A DNA stretch of 43,505 bases from a virus (taxonomy: Duplodnaviria > Caudoviricetes). Position numbers and translations under genes: made by a program. The notes beneath the pieces were generated by a model that saw only the letters and a program-made list of their open reading frames with translations, searched no databases and had not been told where the DNA came from. Within the stretch, counting starts at the first letter, position 1; each line of letters begins with the position of its first letter. The stretch covers positions 1 through 43,505 of IMG/VR virus record IMGVR_UViG_3300002307_000092. The stretch is one strand, 5' to 3'. Positions 8,669 to 16,360 of this stretch are shown piece by piece.

Positions 8669-8946
8669 GGTTGACATTTTGGATAAGAATGCTATACTAC
8701 TAACAACACAAGAGTTATATTATGAATAAACAGATTGACAACGTCTAGAGAAGGCCATATACTATACAAACTTAGGAGCATATTAAAATGACTCAGAAGC
8801 AACCAGAAGAAGAAATTGTTGATTGGCAGGAAGAAAAGATCATCATTCCCGAACAGCATGATGAGTGCAGCCGGGAACAAGGTGTTACTAAACCTTCTAC
8901 CCCAACTGCTCGTAAAGACTTTTTTAACGACTATTAAGAGGATACT

Positions 8947-9189
8947 ATGATTAAAACAATGGATATCGAAAGAACATCATCATCATTTAAACTTGGTGCA
9001 TTTCAAAAGATTTTATTGATGCTATCCCTTGCATCAATGATTGTTGTACTTAGTTTTCAATGGTATGTAAGTCCCAGAACTTTTACAATTGACGCACAGC
9101 ATTGGGAATGTACTGCTACTGAACCCCACGGAATCGAAGCTCGTTGCACTAATTTTACAATGAAGAAATTCGGCTTGCGCACAGAATAA
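8947..9189 (+). CDS. Small membrane-anchored protein
   Basis: SD GAGGA; one hydrophobic segment, WECT...RCT. Confidence 0.75.
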   Translation: MIKTMDIERTSSSFKLGAFQKILLMLSLASMIVVLSFQWYVSPRTFTIDAQHWECTATEPHGIEARCTNFTMKKFGLRTE

Positions 9190-9242
9190 TCAAACTTAGG
9201 TGCCTTAAGGTTAAATGACTAGGTACAGCCTACCCCAACACT

Positions 9243-9449
9243 ATGCGATACATCGTAACTTATAAAGGAGAACAGAAACCTAATCCTAACGGTTTCGGTG
9301 ACCCTGTCTTTCAAGAACCCTGGAAGAAAGAATATTCCAATATCGATGATATCGAAATGTTTTTTAAATTTTACTTCCTGGATATGCTCGACCAAAATCA
9401 ATATGTCATACACGAAAAACCATATAGCTTCCAGATCCGAAATCATTAA
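9243..9449 (+). CDS. Hypothetical protein
   Basis: 68-aa ORF on the transcribed strand. Confidence 0.55.
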   Translation: MRYIVTYKGEQKPNPNGFGDPVFQEPWKKEYSNIDDIEMFFKFYFLDMLDQNQYVIHEKPYSFQIRNH

Positions 9450-9654
9450 TCAAATTGTTAAATGGACAGCATTTGTAGTTACTATTGCAGGTGCGGTTGC
9501 TAATGCTTATCTGATTGTACCTTATAACATCTATCTCGGCAACATCGGCGCAGCCTTATACATGACTTGGGCGGTCCGATCTAGAGATTGGAATATCGCT
9601 ATTGTGAATCTTGTCTTGATGGTTATCTATGCGTCGGGGCTGTTTGTTTATTGA
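9298..9654 (+). CDS. Small membrane protein (true start probably downstream, near 9402)
   Basis: Three hydrophobic segments in C-terminal 70 aa (VKWTAFVVTIAGAVANA...PYNIYL). Confidence 0.6.
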   Translation: MTLSFKNPGRKNIPISMISKCFLNFTSWICSTKINMSYTKNHIASRSEIINQIVKWTAFVVTIAGAVANAYLIVPYNIYLGNIGAALYMTWAVRSRDWNIAIVNLVLMVIYASGLFVY

Positions 9655-9901
9655 TAGTTAATAGTGTATTGTGCAGTAAAAACGTACTAATTTCCTAGTT
9701 TGGATTGACATTGTTACTAAATATCTGTACAATACAAAAACAATTAGGAGACAACAAAATGGAACTATTCATTCTCGTTGCAGTAATAATAGGAGCCATC
9801 GCTACTGTAGACTGCAAAGAAAAACAGACAGAGTTGGTTGACAATGAAAAGAATTGAGTTTAATATATACACACTTAAACAACGTACACAGGTACACTGC
9901 A

Positions 9902-10012
9902 ATGAACAACTTAGTAGCAAAATTCGCACGTAAGTATAACAAAGCAACTGTGCAACGTGATAGGAAGAATGATTATAAACGTAACTCAAAGCATAAAAAA
10001 GGTTATGAATAA
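9902..10012 (+). CDS. Small basic phage protein (36 aa)
   Basis: MNNLVAKFARKYNKATVQRDRKNDYKRNSKHKKGYE*, behind promoter at 9838. Confidence 0.7.
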   Translation: MNNLVAKFARKYNKATVQRDRKNDYKRNSKHKKGYE

Positions 10013-10190
10013 ACGAGACTGCAATAACTTATCAGTCATCATCCAAAAGAAGATTGAGGGTGATGACGCTCTTAACGACTGGCTAGAAACACTTAGCGAA
10101 GACGATTTATACTATGCATTAGATGTACTACTAGAATATAGATCTCAAAAAGAGAATTTTGAAACCATTATCGACCAACACTTCAACTAA
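10005..10190 (+). CDS. Hypothetical protein
   Basis: Start MNKRDC, overlapping upstream stop. Confidence 0.6.
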   Translation: MNKRDCNNLSVIIQKKIEGDDALNDWLETLSEDDLYYALDVLLEYRSQKENFETIIDQHFN

Positions 10191-10205
10191 ATAAAGGCAA
10201 ACAAA

Positions 10206-10562
10206 ATGGCAACTGATAAAACATTTAAATACGCAGGCATTTCCCAGCATGACGGCGAATATAAGGTTAGATTTGCAAACGATATTATGCGCATCAAGAT
10301 CCTAGCAAAGAATGGGCACAAAGATGTACGATTCTTTGAACTAGATGAACCGATGACCAAGCTAGACGCAATCCATTCTATTAAGGATTTTGAAGAGCTG
10401 CAAGACGGCATTGCACAGATGACAATTGCAGAATACATTACAGAGAATGCGCCTCGCAAGTCAACTGGTAAGAAGACTGTTAACACTACAAGCACTGTCA
10501 CTACTTATACGCATGTAGAGCAGACAGTTGAAGATTCCAATTTTGAGGACGTACCGTTTTGA
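10206..10562 (+). CDS. Conserved phage hypothetical protein
   Basis: FKYAGIS..DGEYKVRFAND..RIKILAKNGH motif. Confidence 0.8.
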   Translation: MATDKTFKYAGISQHDGEYKVRFANDIMRIKILAKNGHKDVRFFELDEPMTKLDAIHSIKDFEELQDGIAQMTIAEYITENAPRKSTGKKTVNTTSTVTTYTHVEQTVEDSNFEDVPF

Positions 10563-10760
10563 GGTATGCGGTCTCAATAAGTCGGGATTACGCACCAGAA
10601 AAGGTTGTGGTCCGAGACTTCCAAAGCACACCGCCTGGTAGAGTGTTGGTCATTGTCGCTAGAGAAGATCAACACGAAGCCGAACAAATTGCACAGCAGA
10701 TCTGCGATCTGTTAAATAAAGAAGATTCGGGCCTCTAGCTCAATTGGTTAGAGCAGCGGA

Positions 10761-10790
10761 CTCCGTTGAGATAAATAACTACAACGGAGG
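10761..10790 (+). promoter_or_regulatory. RBS-sequestering hairpin with T4 late-type promoter in the loop
   Basis: CTCCGTTGAG-ATAAATAA-CT(A)CAACGGAG; SD GGAGG at 10786-10790 in the 3' arm. Confidence 0.8.
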
Positions 10791-10797
10791 ATAAACT

Positions 10798-11433
10798 ATG
10801 TTTTGTCAATATTGTAATAGAAAAGGTAAAAGCAACAATTCAAATGCACAACACGAGATAAGGTGTAAAGAGAATCCGAATAGGATAATTGTAGCCTTTC
10901 CGGATCGAAAAGGTGTAAAACGAGTTGGAGTTAAAATTTCCAATCAATACATTAAGGCTAAGCAATTAGGATTGCCAAAACCTGTTCTTGCAGATGAGAC
11001 TCGGAAGAAAATTAGTGATGCGAGTAAAAACCAGCAATGGTCTGACGAGCGAAGGCAGCAGCATAGCACTCGAATGAAGGAGATTGTTGAGCAGCATCCA
11101 GAGTCGTATACTTCTGCAAATAGAGGCAGAACAAAACAGATCGAGTACGACGGGATCAAGTTTCAAGGACAATGGGAGTTAGAGTTTTACAAATGGGCTA
11201 AGTCAGTCGGATTGTCTGTTGAAAGACCGATAACCGGATTCGAGTATGAGTGGAACGGAATCCGAACATACTTTCCAGACTTTTATATTCCTTTGATGGA
11301 TCTGTATGTAGAAGTTAAAGGATATGAGACTGAAAGAGATCGTGCAAAGTGGTTGCAATTTCCAAAGAAGTTGTGTATAATTAAGGAAAAAGAGATAAAG
11401 CAAATAAGACAAGATTGCTTTGCGGGCCTGTAG
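10798..11433 (+). CDS. Putative homing endonuclease, PD-(D/E)xK fold with Zn-finger and NUMOD3-like motifs
   Basis: CxxC...H..C N-terminus; DETRKKISDA and SDERRQQHS; YFPDFYI...YVEVKGY; stop inside downstream tRNA. Confidence 0.85.
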   Translation: MFCQYCNRKGKSNNSNAQHEIRCKENPNRIIVAFPDRKGVKRVGVKISNQYIKAKQLGLPKPVLADETRKKISDASKNQQWSDERRQQHSTRMKEIVEQHPESYTSANRGRTKQIEYDGIKFQGQWELEFYKWAKSVGLSVERPITGFEYEWNGIRTYFPDFYIPLMDLYVEVKGYETERDRAKWLQFPKKLCIIKEKEIKQIRQDCFAGL

Positions 11434-11498
11434 CTCAGTTGGTTAGTAGCGTTCGTCTCATAAACGAAGGGTCACTGGTTCAAGCCCAGTCGGGCCCA
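11424..11498 (+). tRNA. tRNA with CAU anticodon (Ile2 or elongator Met)
   Basis: GGGCCTG/CGGGCCC acceptor, TTCGT-CTCATAA-ACGAA anticodon arm, ACTGG-TTCAAGC-CCAGT T arm; CCA not encoded. Confidence 0.9.
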
Positions 11499-11727
11499 CA
11501 AAGCAATTTTAATAACAACGGTTCTCGGTTCAAGTCCGAGGGGGCCCACCATTTTAAACAGGAGAAACATAAATGATTAACGGTATGATGGTATTTGTTG
11601 TAGTAGGTTTTTTAACACTCATCGGGGTGTTAGGTGCAGAAATCTTTTCACAACACGAAGCGGTATCAGCTGGTCTACAGCAATGTAAGGTTGGTACCGA
11701 GGTTCTTTGGCAGAAGGAGTGTTTATA

Positions 11728-11922
11728 ATGGCACTAAAGATATCAAACAAGAACCGCAATAAGATCATCGAAGAACCCACCCCATTCTCTGATCCCCAAG
11801 AAGAATTGTTCAAAACTATTTCTGAAATGCCTGCATTGAATAAGACTATGACAAATCAGGGATGTGCAGTTGTAATAGCTTGTGTAATCATTGGACTAGC
11901 CGTTCTTTTATTCAGTATCTAA
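11728..11922 (+). CDS. Small membrane protein
   Basis: SD AAGGAG; start MALKIS; C-terminal hydrophobic helix. Confidence 0.65.
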   Translation: MALKISNKNRNKIIEEPTPFSDPQEELFKTISEMPALNKTMTNQGCAVVIACVIIGLAVLLFSI

Positions 11923-11924
11923 AA

Positions 11925-11999
11925 CTGGCGTTCGTTCAATGGATAGGACATGGGATTTCTACTCCCATAATAGAGGTTCGACTCCTCTACGCCGGACCA
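11925..11999 (+). tRNA. tRNA-Arg(UCU)
   Basis: CTGGCGT/ACGCCGG acceptor, TGGGA-TTTCTAC-TCCCA anticodon arm, AGAGG-TTCGACT-CCTCT, ACCA. Confidence 0.9.
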
Positions 12000-12002
12000 G
12001 TT

Positions 12003-12036
12003 AAAAAAAGCAAGCACAAAACCGCTTGCTTTTTTT
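12003..12036 (+). terminator. Intrinsic terminator after tRNA-Arg
   Basis: AAAAAAGCAAGC-loop-GCTTGCTTTTTT. Confidence 0.75.
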
Positions 12037-12178
12037 ATTTGTTATGCTATACTACACACACTTAAAACATAAACGGAATGATGATATGTTATATGTACTT
12101 TGTGTAATCGGTATTTACATGTGTAATAAAGGCATTACACGAGATAAACGTAGAAATATTTAACAACAAGGACAACAA

Positions 12179-12349
12179 ATGCAACCTTCAGAACAACATC
12201 ACCCAACTAAAATATCCAAAGATAAAGAACGAGAACAACTCCAACGGGATATAGATCAATTCCTGCTAAATGGTGGGGAAATTGAAATCATTCCTCCTAT
12301 GAAGGTTTCTGTACTTAATACCGCTAATGTAAAGAAATCAACAGAATGA
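12179..12349 (+). CDS. SutA-like small RNA-polymerase-binding protein (putative)
   Basis: KDKEREQLQRDIDQFLLNGGEIEIIPP resembles the SutA core; SD AAGGA. Confidence 0.55.
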   Translation: MQPSEQHHPTKISKDKEREQLQRDIDQFLLNGGEIEIIPPMKVSVLNTANVKKSTE

Positions 12350-12552
12350 AAAACATTGGGGTTGCTGTTGTTTGCTGGACTGTTACACTTATCTTTATTG
12401 ATGACTTCATGCACGTAAACATCTATAAGAGTATGCTAGACCCGTTGACAGACTATGAAGCGACCCTTTATATTATAGGAATGTTTATCTTTTCTTGTCT
12501 AGCATCAGCAACAACATACACAGAATACAAACAAAATTCCAAAATTGATTGA
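12346..12552 (+). CDS. Small membrane protein
   Basis: Two hydrophobic segments; ATGA overlap. Confidence 0.7.
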   Translation: MKNIGVAVVCWTVTLIFIDDFMHVNIYKSMLDPLTDYEATLYIIGMFIFSCLASATTYTEYKQNSKID

Positions 12553-12631
12553 CATCTTGAACTAACGAATTTATACTACTGACTTACTTTGTTATTAACT
12601 TTTCTTTTAACTAACCATAGAGGTAAACAAC

Positions 12632-12943
12632 ATGCTCGTAAATCTTAATACCGCCGCTGATCTTGTAGAAGTCCAGGAAAAGACTATTCTACGCTATACA
12701 TATCCCTACTTTACCGATAAGCGTGAAGCAGTACTTGATAAGACTAAGGTAACCGGCAAGTATATGGTAGATACTATCGATCTTAAGAATGCATTTCCAC
12801 AATACACTCCAGAGATTGATGAGTACGAAAATATTACAACCGAAACTACACGTCGATTGATCCAACAGAAGGTTACATCAGCAGTGGCAAATAAGGACTT
12901 TTATGCTGCACACGCTTTGATCGATGCGTTGAAGGTTTTGTAA
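12632..12943 (+). CDS. Hypothetical protein
   Basis: Promoter at 12549, SD GAGG. Confidence 0.75.
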   Translation: MLVNLNTAADLVEVQEKTILRYTYPYFTDKREAVLDKTKVTGKYMVDTIDLKNAFPQYTPEIDEYENITTETTRRLIQQKVTSAVANKDFYAAHALIDALKVL

Positions 12944-12950
12944 GATAGAT

Positions 12951-13030
12951 GGGTAGTTGAACTTCCTTAACTACCCTATGACGCTTTCCGATGCGTCCCG
13001 TGTGTGTTGTTTAAGTAGACGGGGCGCATC
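12951..13030 (+). ncRNA. Two-hairpin RNA; second loop antisense to early leader ACUUAAACA
   Basis: GGGTAGTTGA-ACTTCC-TTAACTACCC, then GATGCGTCCCGT-GTGTGTTGTTTAAGTAG-ACGGGGCGCATC; each stem has a G-U pair on +. Confidence 0.65.
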
Positions 13031-13143
13031 ACTTATTCTAGACTGTATTCAAAAAAATGTGGCTGACTCAGATTGTTTGGTTGACATATAAGTCCAATTA
13101 GCTTATACTAACGACACTTAGACACACAACCGGAGAGATACTA

Positions 13144-13686
13144 ATGATTACTTCCACACAAATTCAAAACATCCTGGGCAACAAAGCTTCTACCTTTGCT
13201 GGTATCGAATACAAAACTAAAGTACCAACTGCCGCTAAACACAAGACAGTTAACATTGAGAAGTACACTGTCGCTAATGTCCAACTGTTTGCTAACACCG
13301 AAGCTGAAGGTATCTACACTAAGGCAGTACAGAAGGCAGCATCAAAGATCCAAGAGAACGATAGCGATAAGGTGGCAGAGTTTAAGGCACAAGAGAACTA
13401 CTTCGAACATACTGACTGCTACTCTATCGTAGAACACAAGGCTAGCAAGAAACAATACTTGTACGCCGTGTTTAACAACGCTAAGTCTACGTTTACAGTT
13501 AACGGTAAGTGCGCGACACGCGAGCAGGTAGCAGAGTTCCTTACTCCTAGCGCACGTGAGAAGCTATTGGGCGATAACGTAGTACACAACAAGACATACG
13601 ATGTACTACACACTATCCAGGTCCGCACTATTGCACTGGAGAACATTGTGGAGATTAGAACAAACGGACAGACCGTGACGAAATAA
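13144..13686 (+). CDS. Hypothetical early protein
   Basis: Promoter at 13081, SD GGAG, followed by terminator. Confidence 0.85.
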   Translation: MITSTQIQNILGNKASTFAGIEYKTKVPTAAKHKTVNIEKYTVANVQLFANTEAEGIYTKAVQKAASKIQENDSDKVAEFKAQENYFEHTDCYSIVEHKASKKQYLYAVFNNAKSTFTVNGKCATREQVAEFLTPSAREKLLGDNVVHNKTYDVLHTIQVRTIALENIVEIRTNGQTVTK

Positions 13687-13702
13687 GGTTTCATTGTGAT
13701 TC

Positions 13703-13730
13703 ATCCCTGGCTTCGGTCGGGGATTTTTTT
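13703..13730 (+). terminator. Intrinsic terminator (UUCG tetraloop)
   Basis: ATCCCTGGC-TTCG-GTCGGGGAT-TTTTTT. Confidence 0.85.
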
Positions 13731-13820
13731 GATCATAACGGTTGACTCAGATTGTTTGGTTGACATATAAGTCCAATTAGCTTATACTAACGACACTTAA
13801 ACACACACCCGGAGAGCAAC

Positions 13821-13982
13821 ATGTACGAAGTAGAAATTTATACTACCCTGGAAGGTATCGACGGCGAAATCCATATGATGTCACAATGCAGTATTAAAGA
13901 CTACGAAGAGGCACTTGTTGCTGCTGCTCGTATCGAGGTGCTTGGCTTTAGAGCTATTATTAAAGAGGTAGAGGTGGCATAG
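13821..13982 (+). CDS. Small hypothetical protein (53 aa)
   Basis: Promoter at 13760, SD GGAG; MYEVEIYTT...EVEVA*. Confidence 0.7.
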   Translation: MYEVEIYTTLEGIDGEIHMMSQCSIKDYEEALVAAARIEVLGFRAIIKEVEVA

Positions 13983-14044
13983 ATTGGTTGACACAGCACA
14001 AGGACGGCTCTATACTACACACACTAACAGCACAGGAGCATACA

Positions 14045-14176
14045 ATGGACAAAGCAGCACAACGCGCAGCAGCAATAGCAGTAGCAGCGTTCCTCGCTAA
14101 TGGCGGTACGGTTCAGAAGGTGGCACACAAGGCTAGCACACAAGAGAAGAACGCTTGTAGAAAGGTAACAGCATAG
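14045..14176 (+). CDS. Small protein with SutA-like FLANGG.VQ motif
   Basis: Promoter at 13988, SD AGGAG; MDKAAQRAAAIAVAAFLANGGTVQKV. Confidence 0.6.
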   Translation: MDKAAQRAAAIAVAAFLANGGTVQKVAHKASTQEKNACRKVTA

Positions 14177-14270
14177 CACGTATTAAACACTTTAAAGCAA
14201 AACACTTGCAAAACACTTTAAAGTATGTTTAAATATACACACTTAAACAACTACAGCACTACACACTACT

Positions 14271-14645
14271 ATGCAAAACACTACTATTGTAAACGCACTT
14301 TTTAACAACGTAAATGTAACTACTACACAACATAACAGCGCAGTAACTACAGCGTACTATTGTGTACTGCAAGCACAAGCACAAAACAAAGCAAACGCTA
14401 ACTTATACACAACAGCACAAAAAGCATTTGCTTATAGCATTTACAACATGTGTACTAAAGCGTTTTTACGCAGCACTTGCTATGTTAATTTACGCAATAC
14501 GTTTATTAGCGTTAAAGTTGCTAACGTTACTAAGCAATGCTTACTTAGCTCACAAGTTAACACACTGTTACAGCAAGTAGCGCAAAACAACAACATTAAA
14601 GTAAAACAAACTAAAAATGCACTTATTTTTAACATTAGCTTTTAA
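14271..14645 (+). CDS. Hypothetical basic protein lacking D, E, G, P and W
   Basis: 124-aa ORF with variant promoter (TTGCAA at 14206), leader ACACACTTAAACAAC and its own terminator. Confidence 0.7.
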   Translation: MQNTTIVNALFNNVNVTTTQHNSAVTTAYYCVLQAQAQNKANANLYTTAQKAFAYSIYNMCTKAFLRSTCYVNLRNTFISVKVANVTKQCLLSSQVNTLLQQVAQNNNIKVKQTKNALIFNISF

Positions 14646-14658
14646 CGTGTAGTGTGTT

Positions 14659-14699
14659 ATACGTAGCGTAAGTAAAAACACTTGCGCTACGTATTTTTT
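14659..14699 (+). terminator. Intrinsic terminator ending the early region
   Basis: ATACGTAGCGTAAGT-AAAAAC-ACTTGCGCTACGTAT-TTTTT. Confidence 0.8.
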
Positions 14700-14907
14700 A
14701 TGTTAACATGTAAAAAATAAAAAAGTTGACAAGAGGGGGGTCGGGGCTATATAATAAAAACATTTGCAATTTTATTAAAAGCGTGTTCTAAAATCACCAC
14801 CCATAGACACAAAATCACCAGGATGAATCTATAAGTACTTCTCTATAATTTTTTGCGCGGCAATTTTTTTAGAGTGCAGGACCCATTTCGAGTATACAAG
14901 TCTAGTA

Positions 14908-15591
14908 TTATCTAACCAAGTATCCTATCTCGCCATTAGGGCTCTGTGCCTGATGTGCCTTCAGCCCCATTCTCTGTAGTGTACCAATCAGTCTGTTATA
15001 TAGTTTTTGTCTGCTTGGTTCTTTAGCGGTAAATTTTAGAGTAGCCTGTAAGTTATCGTATTTAAATTTTGTCAGTATGCTTATCACAGTAGCAAACACC
15101 ATAGTAGCGTTTCCTTTACCTGTAATGCCATAGGGATCGTCTGCGGCAGGGTCTTGGAACTCAACATCCCAAACGTTATCGTCTACATATTCGCCAGTAT
15201 CGTTATGATAGATCGGTTCGTTAGTCAGTAGCACAACATACCTAGCCTGTCCTATCATAAAAGAAGCGGACAGGAATCCATTTTCTTTCTCATCCCAGTG
15301 CCAATCTACAGGTTTATCGAACAGTTCGTTTAGGGTAGTTTCTCTAACCTTTTGGAACTTTTGGAAGCGTCCATTTGCGCCCTGTATATTAGTTCCGACA
15401 GGTTGTTTACCCGCTTGACGCTGTGAAACTGCAATCTCTGTACCGTTATTAAAACTTGTGCTAGGAGTTTGTGCTATACGGTTAGTTTGATTCTTGCGTT
15501 CCCATTCCCAACCTGCTTTATGGCCTGAGCAGTCTTTAGTGCAGGGTCTACCGTGGAAAGTAAGTTGTTCGAAGAGTTCGCGTAGTTTCAT
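14908..15591 (-). CDS. Hypothetical late protein, probably two fused modules
   Basis: TATAAATA 4 nt upstream of ATG; MKLRELFE and internal TLNELFD. Confidence 0.8.
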   Translation of the reverse strand: MKLRELFEQLTFHGRPCTKDCSGHKAGWEWERKNQTNRIAQTPSTSFNNGTEIAVSQRQAGKQPVGTNIQGANGRFQKFQKVRETTLNELFDKPVDWHWDEKENGFLSASFMIGQARYVVLLTNEPIYHNDTGEYVDDNVWDVEFQDPAADDPYGITGKGNATMVFATVISILTKFKYDNLQATLKFTAKEPSRQKLYNRLIGTLQRMGLKAHQAQSPNGEIGYLVR

Positions 15592-15685
15592 TATGTATTT
15601 ATATGGTCTGATATTAGGAATATATAGTCTGTTCTACCGCTTTTCCGCTTCGCGGGTGTTTGGTTATACTTTGTCTCGTAGGTCA

Positions 15686-15720
15686 TAAAAAAATGCCACA
15701 ATTAAGAAGAGTGGCATTTT
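15686..15720 (-). terminator. Intrinsic terminator
   Basis: AAAAAATGCCAC...GTGGCATTTT inverted repeat. Confidence 0.7.
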
Positions 15721-15727
15721 ATATTCT

Positions 15728-16320
15728 TTATTTGTTTAATGTTTTAATCCAATCGCTAATCTTACGTTTTCTTGTAAAGTCGCTATCGCCCGGAGCAAGT
15801 GCCTGATCAGCGGTATTCTTTCTTAGTTCAGGAGTAAGGCCGCCAGGAACTGTAGTATTATTAGATGGCCATGTCATATCACCGTTAGTCCAAGTAATCA
15901 TCGGAAAGCAGTAAGTATCAACCTGTGCCTTAGACAGTGCGTTAGTGACCACATCGTATAGTCCATTCATGTTTGGATTACCTTCTGCAATACCATAGTA
16001 CCAATTGACGGGATCGCCATCGTCAATAAAACTATTAGCATCATTCCAATAATCAACAGCAGTATCATAAGCCACATCGATTTGGAAGCAGTATTCACCC
16101 CAGCAAGTAAAGAATGCTGTATCGGGCATATGTACAGCATACAGCTCTACATTTTGTTGTAATGAGCGAACAATCTGACTGTATAAGCTGTTAGAGTCTA
16201 AGTAGTTAGTTTTAGTATCAGCGTTAGTATAGATGCTAATACGTTGCATTTGTCGTGTACCAAACTTGGTTGTGTTCGATAGTTGTTTTGTGATAATATA
16301 GTATTATTTAAGTCTGGCAT
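15728..16320 (-). CDS. Hypothetical (virion?) protein, apparently frameshifted near 16265
   Basis: SD GGAG and late promoter precede ATG at 16320, but the long frame (15728-16249) is offset. Confidence 0.55.
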
Positions 16321-16342
16321 TTTATGCTCCGATGTGTATGTT

Positions 16343-16356
16343 ATATTTATAAATAT
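16343..16356. promoter_or_regulatory. Palindromic bidirectional T4-type late promoter
   Basis: ATATTTATAAATAT contains TATAAATA on both strands between divergent genes. Confidence 0.75.
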
Positions 16357-16360
16357 TAAC

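Larger units (their letters stand above)
10729..11551 (+). pseudogene. Disrupted outer tRNA (Ile/Met-like): 5' part 10729-10768, 3' part 11520-11551
   Basis: GGGCCTCTAGCTCAATTGGTTAGAGCAGCGGA ... CTCGG-TTCAAGT-CCGAG-GGGGCCC-ACCA; acceptor halves pair 7 of 7; anticodon loop missing. Confidence 0.85.
512..14260 (+). repeat. Dispersed early promoter-leader repeat (GGTTGACA-N16/17-TATACTACACACTTAAACA...GGAG), over 20 copies
   Basis: -35 boxes at 514, 949, 1334, 1772, 2032, 2539, 2869, 3502, 4099, 4319, 4736, 5149, 5491, 5899, 6720, 7165, 8671, 9838, 12549, 13081, 13760, 13988; exact duplications 512-561=2030-2079 and 13064-13120=13743-13799. Confidence 0.92.

Noticed and set aside
10769-11519. 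Group I intron in a tRNA
   Set aside because: Insert is fully occupied by an ORF and a tRNA, leaving no room for a ribozyme core; the outer anticodon loop is missing
11951-11967. Amber suppressor tRNA (CTA in the anticodon loop)
   Set aside because: The 7-nt loop TT-TCT-AC places TCT at positions 34-36; TAG serves as a normal stop elsewhere
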